Origin: Octopus vulgaris
Taxonomy: Eukaryota
Assembly: GCA_951406725.2 (NCBI GenBank)
Contig: OX597814.1
Location: 38,750,001-38,814,000, forward strand
Reading direction: 5' to 3'
Length of the DNA: 64,000 nt
Part shown: in pieces, positions 12,460-25,639 of the stretch
How the letters are laid out: every line of letters begins with the position of its first letter
Position numbering within the stretch: position 1 is the stretch's first letter
Program-made: the position numbers and the translations under genes
Notes under the pieces: model-generated
The model's database searches: none
What the model saw: the letters and a program-made list of their open reading frames with translations, nothing else
Told to the model about the DNA's origin: nothing

Positions 12460-13850
12460 GAGAAATCATTTACAAAAATCACTGATAAAAATGAAATCTA
12501 TATAACACTAGGGAAGCTTCTGTTGAGGTTACGTCAATGGTTAAAGGTCTGTAACCAAAGAAACTGATTTGCGAAAATCAAGAGAAAGCATATGTATGAA
12601 TTTAGACGGTTTATAAAAGATTAGAGAAAAATAAAAACAGAAAATACGATTTTTCAAATATTTTACAGTGTGAGAGATTCCAAAGTGTCCAAATCTGGTA
12701 AAATGGGAGATTCTATTGGAAAATCCCTCAAGTGGAAAATAGCCAAATTGAGTTGATTCGGAACACGTGTGGCATGGGCAAAGTAATGTAAAGATGGGTG
12801 GTGAATGAAAGATGGCTGCAAGAGGAACAAGCAGATCTCTTTTCACAGGAGAGCAAGAACCGAAAGACGAGGAAGATTGTGAAGAAGGAAATGCGTGTGC
12901 GCGTAGAAAAGTTGTATGTGGGGAAGATTTGTGCGTTTGCGTGTCTAGGTTAGCGAGCAAACCAGTAACTGACTGGGAAGGGTTAAATGAATTTACATAA
13001 ATAATTTGGAATAGATGGATGGCTGAATTTGGTGTGAATGTGCCAGAGAACGTGTGGTTGCACGTGTATGCACGTATGTGAATGGGCGTGCATTCCTATG
13101 CAAATGTGTACTTACATGTGTTTGTCTGTGTGTGTGTATGTAACAAGTGTGCTATAGCTGCGTGAATTAGTGTCAGGAAAACATCTTAAGGGAATGTAGA
13201 TATCAATTCATATGTGTGCTTGTGCGGGCGGAGATTAGATATGTGTGAGTACGCACGTATTATCATATAGTATTTATAGGTATGTATGTGTGTGAACGTG
13301 CTAGTGTGTGGGAGGGGGTTATCAAGGGACAACATTTAGATGATATGAGGCTGTTTATGTGTAAGTGTAATTGAGAAGGAAAGAATATGGGAGTGTGTAT
13401 GTAACCAGAATATATGTTCTTGAAAGCATATTAGTGGATGAGAATTTTCAAGATGGGTGGTAATCGAAAGAGTGGAGGCTTGTTCAGATGCAGGGAAGCG
13501 GTGTGAGAGACGAATAAGTGAGAGCTAAAGAGAAAGGTGGTTACAGTGAGAGTTTACCTGAAGAGTTAGATGAATTCAGATATGAAATTCAGAGAAACGG
13601 TCGATGGGAAGATATAAAGTGAAAGCTTGATCCTTCATGAGACGAGTACAGGGTATCTGGGTGTTAGCCTGGTGAAAGACCAGACGGTCTTAGATGGAGT
13701 GTTCGGCGGTGCCGGAACGTATTATGTGAGATGTACGTCGTCAATCTGGATATCTTTATTATACTCCTCGCCCATCTCAGGCCCCTGCTGGCTAAATTGC
13801 TCGGTTTAGGAAAAAAGCAGATAAGGCAATTACGGAACATATGTGTAACA
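12460..13850 (-). mobile_element. Penelope-like element 3' region (degenerate GIY-YIG end and long 3' UTR)
   Basis: Degenerate GIY-YIG-like reading at about 13600-13800 followed by a CA/CT-rich trailer; heavily decayed. Confidence 0.5.
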
Positions 13851-13859
13851 CATACATAC

Positions 13860-13863
13860 ATAT

Positions 13864-13923
<60 letters not shown>

Positions 13924-14062
13924 GAATGACTTGATCTGGCACAATCCTTAGTACAATCGGCAAAATGCATAGCGCCATACTTCCTCTATCGTCATGTTTG
14001 GCGTTGTGCCAACATTTGAAATTACAGCAACAACAATAATAATAAAAATATTAATAATAATA

Positions 14063-14113
<51 letters not shown>

Positions 14114-14158
14114 GTTATCATTATTGTTATTATTATTATTATTAATATTATTATTATT
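13860..14158. repeat. (TTTA)n/(TTA)n microsatellites interrupted by a short unique segment
   Basis: Directly visible. Confidence 0.9.
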
Positions 14159-14934
14159 CAAAACAGTTTGATTCGCATGCATGTAACTTTCCTAGGCATA
14201 CCTAGCTCGTTGGGTTTAGTAGTCGAACGGAAAGATACAGGGAATCCCAAATGGCTACTGGAAACTCAGCCGTTGTTGGTTTAGGCAGTTCATATGTCAT
14301 TATTTGAAGTGTAATCGACATTCCAGCGACATCAAATGCTTTCAAAGTTGAAAAAAGCTACATCACGTGACCGGACAAGTAGCTGATGACGGAGTGCTAT
14401 CTAGCCCGTCTTTGAAACGTGGCCGGTGTTGTGTAGTGCGTAGACATAGAAATCTGTTGCTTGTGCGTATATATCGGCTTCTATGTATATGTGAAGGGGT
14501 GCGCTTTTATGTAGCTGGTGTGTTTGTGAGAGCTGCATATACCAGCTCGCTGGTAATTATATGAGTTTGCTAGGGTTCCTCTACGTATAGGTACGGGTTT
14601 ATATCAGTCAGGTATGAGTACTCGCATGCGCGAACATGAGTGTCTTTATATATTTTATTTTTTGTGTTTTACTTATTTCAGTAAATAGTCTGCGGCCAAG
14701 CTGAGGCACAGACTTGAATATTTTTAATTAAAAGAATTGACTGACCTCAGTACTTATTTTTTAAGCCTGGTGCTTATTCTATCGGTTTCTTATGCCAAGC
14801 AGCTAAGTTACGTGGATGTAAACACATCAACATTGGTTGTCAAGTAATGAGGAGGGACAAACAAAGAAACACAAACACACACACATACTCACACACACAC
14901 ACACACACATATATATACGACAGACTATATTCAG

Positions 14935-15271
14935 ACCTTTCATACGCACATACATACTCTCTTTTACACACATGCACCCTTATGTTGGAGCGAGGTCACT
15001 TGACCCTGTTATCACCCCTACTAACCCTCTAGCATCAAACGTCTGATCTCTGAATTCTGGCTGAAATCAGGACGCCATGTTGAATCGTTAGATCCTGCAC
15101 GCATTTTTTTTCTCTCCTTGTTTCTTTTCTGTGTATCTTTCTGTTGAAGAGCGTAGGCTCGAAACGTAAAAGACTTGTTTTATCTCTATTCCTGAGCGAC
15201 ATACTAATACAATTGTATGTTTGTACTCCACCTGCCTTCGTCTTTTTGTTTATTTTCGTAAACCTTCCCGT
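14935..15271 (+). mobile_element. Penelope-type pseudo-LTR fragment inserted in a SINE, with a 9-bp TSD
   Basis: Flanked by TATATTCAG at 14926-14934 and 15272-15280; contains a hammerhead motif. Confidence 0.65.
15136..15173 (+). ncRNA. Minimal hammerhead ribozyme motif (A6U core variant)
   Basis: UCUUU-CUGUUGA-A-GAGC(GUAG)GCUC-GAAA-CGU-A-AAAGA, with perfect stems I and II. Confidence 0.65.
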
Positions 15272-15450
15272 TATATTCAGTTTCTGTTTATCGAATCCAC
15301 TTACAATGATTTGGTCGGCTAGAGGCTATAATACAAGGCACTTTGTCAAGATGCCAAGCAGTGAGACTGAACCCGGAACCATGTTGTCGGGATACAAACA
15401 TCGTACCACACAGCCTCTCCTGTTATATATATATACATATATACACACAT

Positions 15451-15545
15451 AGCAGGAGTTGCTGTGTGGTATGATGGTTGTATCCCGACCACATGGTTCC
15501 GGGTTCAGTCTCGCTGTTTGGCACCTCGGGCAAGTATCTTCTATG
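15451..15545 (+). mobile_element. SINE family B head, inverted relative to the 15330-15422 head
   Basis: GCTGTGTGGTATG...GGTTCCGGGTTCAGTCTC...GGGCAAGTATCTTCTA. Confidence 0.8.
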
Positions 15546-18544
15546 CGCTCTTCTCAGGTTTGTGCGTGTATATATATATGGTGTTGTTGCTATGTATTTG
15601 TGCGTGAGCATGGTTGATGGATGAACTGTGGTTGTAACGTCAATGTTAGACCGATTTGGCGTTGGATTGAGTTTAGGTAGAGAAAGAGTGCAAAAGCATA
15701 CGTACATAGTTGTTTGTGTGTATGTGTATGAGCGCGCACCCAAGTATATGGCGATGAATGTAAAATGTTATAGGAGATGCACAGGATTCGAAGTTCAGTC
15801 GATGGTCTGAACTGGTTGGATCTCTGATCTTTTTGTGGAGTAGCCCGTGTTGAGGAGCAACAATTTTAAGGTGTAAAGTCTGATCTATCAGTGGCCATTA
15901 GTTTGCTGTTCACCAAGAGGTCGTACGTCTGATGAAAGCAATATGATAGCTCGTATTTCTTGTTGATAGATACCACAGCGTGGGGCATAATAAGCAATCT
16001 TTTGCGCAGAGCTGATAATTTCAAGCACCGGATGTGTAGAGTTTCATTCCGGAGGTCAAGAAATCTCCAGATGAATCGAAACAAAAAAGTAGAAATCACT
16101 CTGTCCCTTCATCCCTATATCTCTACCTTCCTTCATCTAAGCGAATGCATGTGCTGCATAAACCATACCTTGAAGAGCGTCATGTTCCTGTAGTATCTTG
16201 TGATACCATCGGTATGTGTAAGAGTGGTTCTGTAGACTCCAGCCCTTGAGAAGAAAGATAATTCTAGAAGGCAGGTGGTAGTACTTAGGAAATTTCAGGT
16301 TGGGGTTGGAAGTTGTGCTGGTGCAAGAATGTGTCTGCTGTAGCGTGCAATGCGAGAAACGATGATATGCATATTATTTTTGCGACTATTACTATTACAA
16401 AGGCAAGTATGAGACTATTTGCTTCTTTAAATAAAAATACTTTAAAATAATTCCGGACACACAATTCCAATATTAATTAAATCACTTCACGCTAAACTGC
16501 TTTCCCAAGAGATGTGTCAAAGGAATTCTTCTAGCATTTAATATCATTTTACGTAAATATTTGGTGAAATATGTTAAGATGTTTTCGAGAATGGGAATTT
16601 ATTATCAGTTCGTTATCTTCGAGTGAAAAATTCAAAACAAATATATAGAAATAACAGATGAAGTGTAAGGTCAGATTTCAAAAGACATACATACATACAT
16701 ACATACATACGTACATACATCCACATATGTGTGTGTGTGATACAGTGTGTATAGTTTGTGTGTATTGATAATACTCTGCCACCAGAATGTAGAAAAAAAT
16801 AAATATTAATTAGTCGTTTGTTAAACTTCCATCAATATCTTTAACCTTAAGGGAAAAGCTACGTTCAGAAAAAAAAAGAACAAACAATATTGAAGGCAAA
16901 ATTAATAATGTAGCAAATAATTGCTGATTCTTTCCCTACGTCACGAAAATAAGAATTCTTTCTTCTTTTCATAAAAAAATTGAATACATTTTCTTGGCAA
17001 GATGCTCTCCCTTTATTTGGCAAAATACAGTTTGAAGCATGAGTGAGCTGAACTTCACTAATTATATTGAATTATAGTTATTAGAATGATGAAAGAAATA
17101 ATCAACCTGAAACGATTGCTTTCGTTGCTGATTCTTTGAAGAACAATTAGATTACTGCATGTTTGAGACTCACATTCCGCAATGTCTTTATGTTGTTATA
17201 ATGGTGTAATTGTTAACGAACATTACGAATGCGTGTCTGCGCGCGCGCAAACACACACACAAACACTCACATACACAAATATAGGCACATATATGTGTGT
17301 GTATATCTAGTACATATAAATCACACTATGTGTGCTTATTGACTAAATTATACATTTGCACATCTCTCAACCTATTTTCACACACGTTACTTACGTCCCA
17401 CGGATGGACATGTACTATTACCTTTTATCGAAAACTCCCGTGTAAATTGACAAACCGGGAAAAAACTAGTTTACACTGGTTTTTTCTATAATTCGTTGTA
17501 TGTACATAGGTTTATAGTATGTAGGGTCTTCTATATTTTTAAAATCTATATAGTCGTATATTGGCATCAGAAAATATTTGTTATGGTTTTCCCATGGTTA
17601 GAGAATATTATAAAGTGAAAGGATTTTGTATTTTTATTTCAACAGTTCACCTTTTATTATTCATCTACATATTGTAATTATGTATTATTACTTGGTTAGA
17701 GAATATTGTAAAAGTAGAAGTATTTTGACTATTTATTTATTTCGACTAGGAACACGCGATGAGTATCCAATTCCAAACAATTTTAATCTCCATATTTAAA
17801 CTGCATTATACTTTGACAAGCTTACGGTTACCTATTTTGAGCTAATTGTAAGGTGATATTTCCTTCCCGCTCTTCTATTTGTTGATAACTTTGTTTACTT
17901 ACGAATGCGTTGTTTCACTTTAAGGATGATTATTTACCCATCCATTATGACATTCCTAACGCGACAGCTAAAGCACTATTCGTGAACTGAAGTCAAACTA
18001 TTCATGTTTTAATTTTTCATTGCGTGTAGTCAGTTTCAGATGGTCATAAACTGTAGGCACATAGCAAATACATTTCTTTAACTCTACTTTTTAAAGAAGG
18101 TATTATATTACCGTTTTTGAATGTACCAATCATACTTCTCTTCGAAAAATTAACTCCCTTTTGCTGTTGAATAAATAAACGCGGAAATGGCTGACTTTTT
18201 TTGGGGTGTGGTTTATGAAAGATAAAGCCTTCCTGAAGTGTGCGATACAATTATAATGCATATAATCGATCTCAGTTTGGTCATCGGCATTACATTCCCT
18301 TACGCTGCTAAGGACGGAGGTAATTTCATAGAGGTTTTATCGCTCATAAATCAAACACCAAGAAAAGATAATTTTGTTGTTTTGGGATGGTTGTTGTCTG
18401 GAGTTGTCACGGTTGCTATGTTGAATATAATTATTGTTATGTGGTTTGTAGTTGCTGATTTTATTATTGTACCTAATGTATATCTGTATGATTGATGAGT
18501 TCCAGGGAAAGTTTGAGCGACACTCCCCTCTGCAAGGGATACTC

Positions 18545-18860
18545 TTTTACTCATTTGCTTGTTTCAGTCATTTGACTGTGGCTGTGCTGGAGCACCGCCT
18601 TTCAGTCGAGCAAATTGACCCCAGGACTTATTATTTGTAAGCGTAGTACTTTTGCCGAGTCGCTAAGTTACAGGGACAAACACAGACACACAAATGCACA
18701 CACACACATATATATGTACATATATATACATATATATGACGGGCTTCGTTCAGTTTCTGTCTACCAAATCCCCTCACAAGGCTTTCGTCGGCCGGAGGCT
18801 ATACTAGAAGACACTTGCCCAAGGTGCTACGCAATGTGACTGAACCCGAAACCATGGGAT
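18545..18860 (-). mobile_element. SINE family B
   Basis: TTGTTTCAGTCATTTGACTG...GACACTTGCCCAAGGTGC...CTGAACCCG. Confidence 0.85.
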
Positions 18861-19288
18861 GATTATATTATAGATTTGGTGGTGACGTACAGTCATTCTT
18901 TTAATAACGCTTTGCATCCCTACAATACGTTTGGAAATGACAGTCAAGCAGCAGACATAATCTTTAGCATTAGGAATTAGGATTCTGGGTTTCACGTGTA
19001 GTAACTATGATATTCATATATCACACACGTCTTTACAATAAATAGTTCAACGTGTAGCTATTGAGTGTGATTTAGTTATTAGTGGTGGCGGTGGCTGGTG
19101 ATGCTTGTTCGAATTTTGCGTCTTGTTCAAAGTAAATTGGTGACGTTGCGGTAACTGCGTATGCATAATTTTTCGCGTTGAGAATAGTGCATATTTTTTT
19201 AGATTTCGTGTGTTCATAGATTTTAGATTATTTAGTTTTTCAGGGACCTATGAGGTGAGTGTGAGAAAGGAGTGATTTTTTACTAATT

Positions 19289-19858
19289 GTAGTAGTAGTA
19301 GTAGTAGTAGCAGCAGATGTAGTAGTAGTAGCAGCAACAGCTGTAGTAGTAGTAGCAGCAGCAGCTGTAGTAGTAGTAGCAGCAGCAGATGTAGTAGTAG
19401 TAGCAGCAGCAGCTGTAGTAGTTGTAGCAGCAGCAGCTGCTGTAGTAGTAGTATTAGTAGTAGTAATATCAGTAGTAGTAGTAGCAGCAGCTGTAGTAGT
19501 AGTAGCAGTAGTAGTAGTAGCAGCAGCAGTAGTAGCAGCAGCAGTAGTAGTAGTAGTAGTAGCAGCAGCAGCTGTAGTGGTTGTAGCAGCAGCAGCTGCT
19601 GTAGTAGTAGTATTAGTAGTAGTAGTATTAGTAGTAGTAGTAGCAGCAGCTGTAGTAGTAGTAGCAGTATTAGTAGTAGCAGCAGCAGTAGTAGCAGCAG
19701 TAGCAGCAGTAGTAGTAGTAGTAGTAGCAGCAGCAGCTGTAGTAGTAGTAGTAGTAGCAGTAGAAGATGTAGTAGTAGTAGTAGCTGTAGTAGTAGTAGT
19801 AGCAGCAGCTGTAGTAGTTGTAGCAGCAGCAGCTGTAGTAGTTGTAGCAGCTGCAGCT

Positions 19859-19895
<37 letters not shown>

Positions 19896-19912
19896 CAGCA
19901 GCAGCAGCAGCT

Positions 19913-19948
<36 letters not shown>

Positions 19949-20012
19949 ATAGTAGTAGTAGCAGCAGCAGTAGTAGTAGTAGTAGCAGCAGTAGTAGTAG
20001 TAGTAGTAGTAG
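19289..20012. repeat. (GTA/GCA)n trinucleotide array with higher-order units
   Basis: About 720 bp of mixed GTA, GCA and GCT triplets. Confidence 0.97.
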
Positions 20013-20589
20013 GGTGACAACTTTTTTATGATGATTCTTGTGTTTTTATGTGGGCGTTAGAAATTCAAGTAGAGGGACAGGTTGACAGTGTTATTGAATA
20101 GGTCACCTACTGAGCTAGTATTGAAAATGGACTGTGGCTGCTGATCTTATTTGTATTATAGGGAAGTAGCTGTGGAACATAATGGTAATGATGATGGTGG
20201 GTCAGGGAATTCTAAAGAAATGCGGAAGGCAGATAGCTAGATAGAGAAGGATCATTGTGCTACTATTAAGAAGTAGCCGTGGCTGTTGGTCATGTTGTTG
20301 TTGCTGCTGCAGCTGTCTTCTTCTTCTTCTTCCAAACAGGACTTACGCCACTAGCCACAAAGAATAATCTCTAATTCGGGCCTCTCTAAGCTACTAAGAA
20401 TGCGTGTGGAAACTTGAAGATCCACTCACCACACGCGATATACTGGTGGTTGCACGGGCGCGAAAGCTACGTTGTTATCCTCATTCCGTAAACGGTGGCT
20501 TTGAACGGGTGGAGAGCTGAACCATTCTGGGGTACAGAGGATTCGCAATCTAAATTAGAATCTGAAAGTTTACCACACTATAACGGACT

Positions 20590-20808
20590 ACACCATGGTT
20601 CCCCTGCTTTGTGGCAGAAATAGGAAGAAAGAGTGAAAGTTGTGGTGAAGGAGTACAACAGGTTTCACCACCACCACCCCGCCGGAGCTTCGTGGAGCTT
20701 AGGTGTTTTTGCTCAATAAACACTCACAATGCCCGGTCTGGGAAGCGAAACCGCGTTCTTACGACTGTGAGTTCGCTGCCGTGAGCACTGGGCCATTGCG
20801 CTTCCACG
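20590..20808 (-). mobile_element. tRNA-headed SINE, family D
   Basis: Minus strand reads GCGCAATGGCCCAGTG...GGTTTCGCTTCCCAGACCGGGC...TTGAGCAAAAACACCTAAGCTCCACG. Confidence 0.65.
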
Positions 20809-20869
20809 CAGCAACTGTTGTTTTTTTAAGCTGTAATTGGAAAATATAATATTCTTTTACTTTTTTATA

Positions 20870-21165
20870 CTTTTACTTACTTATTTCAGTCATCTGACTG
20901 CAGCATATCCTTGAAGAATGTCAGTCGAAATTATCAACCTCACTACTTTTATTTTGTAAAGCCTATAAAGTATTCTATCGGTTTCTTTTACCAAACCGCT
21001 AAGTTACGTGACGCAAACAAACTGATACAGGTTGTAAAGCACTGGTAGGGGGCAAACACGGGTACAAAGACACACACACGCACACATAAAAACACACGCA
21101 CACACACATACGACGAGATTATTTCAATTTCCATCAACAACATCAACTCAAAAATTTGGTCCAAT
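20870..21165 (-). mobile_element. SINE family B, 3' part
   Basis: ATTTCAGTCATCTGACTG...CCGCTAAGTTACG... Confidence 0.75.
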
Positions 21166-21329
21166 GCCTGTGGAATAATTTAAACGAGATGTTAATACGT
21201 TTGATGTTTTGACCAAATAAATCATATATGAAGCATTTACATTGTCAATTTCAGCAAGACAAAGTCATGCATTTATACGAATGTTGATATCATTCTCAGA
21301 TTAAGTTTGTTTATTATTATGATTTGCAA

Positions 21330-21510
21330 GGTTGCGAGCTGCTGAATCGTTAGTACACTGGAAAAAATGCTTTACGGCATTTCGTCAGTCTTTACGTTTT
21401 GAGTTCATATGCCTCCAAAGTTGAGTTTGCACTTCCTCCATGAAAATAAGTACAAGTTGGGCACTAATGTCGATATAATTTACAGGCCCTTGCCTGTAGT
21501 GGAAATAATT
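21330..21510 (+). mobile_element. SINE family A, diverged
   Basis: GCGAGCTGCTGAATCGTTAG...TCTTTACGTTTTGAGTTCA. Confidence 0.75.
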
Positions 21511-22609
21511 ACTGTTGTTATTATTAAACAATAATAGTAATCTACAGAAATTTTGAGATGGGGAAAAATTCGATTATACTAGCCCTAGTGTTCAACTGGA
21601 GTATTTTTTTTTATCTGCCTTGGAGGTGTTTGGACTCTGAAGTCCAGTCAGAAGAAATACCGAAAAGCATTGTTTCCGGTGCATTTTTGTCCAGTAGCGT
21701 TATTTCACCTTCGCACGAAATACTTACTTTATAAGTCTGCTTATGTTTCTCTCGGCTGAAATATATCAGGGATACTGTAAGGCGATGGAGTGTCAGAAAT
21801 GGCTTATTGTAGAAGAGCACGCGTTACGGTATTTATCGTAGCCTGTTGTATACTACTTTGATTTTCTTTTCCTATCTTGAGAGATTGAGATAATCAAAGT
21901 TCAATGCAACCGGCAATTAGGTTATGCTTGTTTAATACTGTCTGTGGCAAGCACTGGATCAGGTATATTGTTTTATTATCACTTCAAGCCTCTTTCTCTT
22001 TTGTTTCGGGCGCTTTGCATAGTTTATTAAGCCTTGCTCTTTATCCGTCTCTAAAAGATACACAAAACATACAACAAGCAATGAAATATTGCCTCACATT
22101 CAAATTTTCTATTTGGTAAAAAATCCTTCATTTCTACGAAAGGAATTTTATAAAACTTTTTCTTTCTTTTTTTGTCTATTATGGAAGCAGTATCTTTATG
22201 TTCATTGACCTGATAACGATGAGAAATATTAAATACCGAAAAGTAATTATATACATCTATGCTTAGTTAGCTTTCCTCTTCAAAATATTTTGACATTATT
22301 CGGATGTAATTATGCGAGAATTCCATTTTCAGACTTCTATGTAATATTAGATTTCTGAACGATGCACACAACCTATTGTTACAAAACAAAATTGTGTTCA
22401 TCTTTCAGAAATTTAATATTACCAAGACTTTTGAAATTGGAACTCTCGGGAAATTACTCCTCAAGAAAGATACATACACAGAGATCATGCATGCATAAAT
22501 GTGGATGTTCTTTCACTTTCTTTCATTACGTATTTCTGCTAGCTGTTTTTGTCTCTCTTTCTCTCCCTCACATTCTCTTGCTACTTCTTGTTCTTTCTTT
22601 CTCTCTTTC

Positions 22610-22656
<47 letters not shown>

Positions 22657-22719
22657 ATGCATACATACATACACATATGCATACATACATGCATACATAC
22701 ATACATACATACATAAATG

Positions 22720-23643
22720 AGGCAGATAACATCATAAAACTTAGAAAGTATCTCTTTGAGCTGAATTCCATTTCTGATAACCTTAGCTAAATACCCAAAG
22801 AAGTCGCACGACTCTACCACAAGGCATCCTCAGATGAAAGGATGAGCGTATATCAGCAGAAGAACATGCATAGATATGTTAGTAGAAATATCCGAGATGA
22901 TAGTAACATTGATCATCACAGCAGTCTATGATAAACAACAACGGGGCTACTACCTCCCACTTTGAAGGGTATGAGGTTGCAAATACACGAACAGGAAACA
23001 TCAACGAAATATCTGATGCCCAAAATGGACAGAGATGAAAGAAAAGCAACAAAATGTGACAACAGATGCAGATTTCATGGAGTTAACAACGAAGATATCA
23101 CCCATATCATAAGCAGTTGTTCGAAAATATCATTACGGTATTATCTACCGATGAGAATGATGTTGGAGCTAGAATAATGTATAAACGATATACGACAGCA
23201 GAATAACCCGGGGACAAAGAAATAAGAACCCACACAGGTGGAAGACATAGCCACTCATAGTAAAAAAAAGTGCATTGGTGGAACGTCACAGTAAAATGCA
23301 ACATAATAAAGTGTAAGCATAATGTAAATATAATAGACTTGAGATAATGATTTGGGAAAGAGAAAAAAAAGTTGTGGAAATCAGCTGCCATCGTATATTA
23401 AGATAAAGCTAAAAATTGGCGAAAAAGGAAATACGCTGAACTATTGAGAAATTTGCAGATTACAAGTTCAACTTTATACCTGTAATTATTAGGGCACTAG
23501 GACATGTAACACTACCTAAATACCAATCTTGAGAAATTAGGCTTCAAAAACCAGAATAAAGAAAGCTGATTCGAAGACTACACATCCAATCTATCACTGG
23601 ATCTGTAAACATCTCTAAAGTTTTCTAGGAGTTTATCGTTTAA
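22720..23643 (+). mobile_element. Decayed RLE-type LINE 3' region (zinc knuckle and endonuclease)
   Basis: IHEQETSTKYL...CDNRCRFHGVNNEDITHIISSC is a degenerate CCHC motif; FIPVIIRALGHV follows near the end. Frameshifted. Confidence 0.8.
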
Positions 23644-23974
23644 GTATGTATGAGCATGTCTTGATATGCAAGTATATGTACGAGAAGACATACGTAACAC
23701 AAAACATACAAACCTGCACACATACATACATTCACGCATAAATATATGCATACAAAACTATTCTGTTGGAGTTGTTGAAATTTGGAAAGAGAGAAACATG
23801 GATGTAGGACAGAAACAGCTGTTTCTGTTGGCAAGAAATTTTAAAATAAAACTGAAAAATAACATACATACATAATACATATATGCATACATACATACAC
23901 ACATACATGCATATGTACATTCTTACAAACAGACATACTTGCATATATATATACATGTATGTACATATACACAT

Positions 23975-24008
<34 letters not shown>

Positions 24009-24217
24009 TATTATTATTATTATTACTGTGGATATCATGTGGGCAGTCATCTAAAAGTTTTTGCTCTTCATAGTGCTGACATAAGTTCCTTGTCTTTCCT
24101 GATGGGATGGCGGCATAATGCACCCTTTATTCCTTCGGAATTAGGAATATGCAGCCTTCGAAACATGTATCGAGAGTAAAGGAATTTTGTTAAAATCGTC
24201 GTTCGACTCCATTCTTT

Positions 24218-24268
<51 letters not shown>

Positions 24269-24787
24269 AAGATACATGTACGTAATTCATTGCTTCAGAG
24301 AAGTATTCATTAATTTAGAGATAGTGTTAGTAATTGTGCTTATCACTATATATATTAGGGCGATATAATTTAAGCATAGGAACAGAGGTTTTAGTCAAAA
24401 GAAAAATCTATAAATGTTTCTCATTTCAACAATTGGATGCATATTTTAGTAAAACAGAGAGGGGGGTAATTAAAATATAATTGTATATGGATTAGAATAA
24501 TTTTAACGAACAGAGCGAAGTACATTAATTCTTGCTAAAACATCTTATTACACCTAATTCTTATCATTATTTTCGTATCATATTCCCTTCTTAACTTATC
24601 CTACATTCATTAATGAAATGTTCGTTTGTGGATTAAATTTTCATCAGAGTTAATTAAAGTAATTAATACAAAGAAGTAGGAAATGAGATATTCAGTCTAA
24701 TATATGTTTGATTTCATTTTGAGAGTTTTTGTTTATATTTATTTCTCTTTTTAGATGTGATTTTAGTTTTTAAAACATAAAAATATT

Positions 24788-25188
24788 CTTTTCTACTCTA
24801 GATTCAAGGCCCGAATTTTTTTTTTGTTGGGGGTGGCAGTCGATTAGATCAACTCCAGTCGCCACTGGTGCTTCATTTATCGACCACGTAAGGATGAATG
24901 GCAAAACCGACCTCGGCGGAATTTGAACTCAGAACGCTAAAGCAGACGAAATACCTAGTTCTTTACTACCCACAAGGTGCTAAACACAGAGAGGATAAAC
25001 AAGGACAGGCAAACGGATTAAGTCGATTATATCGACCCCAGTGCGTAACTGGTACTTATTTAATCGACCCCGAAAGGATGAAAGGCAAAGTCGACCTTGA
25101 CGGAATTTGAACTCAGAACGTAACGGCAGACGAAATGCTGCTAAGCATTTCGCCTGGCGTGCTAATGTTTCTGCCAGTTTGTCGCCTT
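24788..25188 (-). mobile_element. Two tandem or nested SINE family A copies
   Basis: Two blocks of GGATGAA.GGCAAA..CGACCT.G.CGGAATTTGAACTCAGAACG, at about 24890 and 25076. Confidence 0.85.
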
Positions 25189-25639
25189 AAAATACAAAAA
25201 GTATTGAAATCTCTTCTTGATTATATAACACATATTTATTCAGATTAATTTAATTAGAACATAATGTAATACACTGTATATCATGATATTATATGAATTG
25301 CATGTGAAATTCTCCCATATCCCTGAACTTACAGTCAATTTCGCACTTACACATACATCCACAAATGATATCTTTAGCAACTTCAAACTGTCAACAGAAT
25401 TCTTAGCATGTATTTTTTTTACCTTCTCACCTTTAGCAAATCCTGTTGAGTCTATGAAACCATGTTCTTTGCTCTTCTTTGACTTACTGCTATATAAAGA
25501 AAAATAATAGTAAATATATAAATTACATTATATTTAACCTATCTTATAACTTTAAATAAATACTCTCAGATCCTGCCAAATTTCATTCACTATCAATGTA
25601 GGGAACAAAACGGAGTGGTGTGTTGGAAGCTTTCACTCT

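Larger units (their letters stand above)
14660..15422 (-). mobile_element. SINE family B, interrupted by a nested insertion
   Basis: Tail at 14660-14934 and head at 15272-15422 match family B; TATATTCAG is duplicated at the break. Confidence 0.8.
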
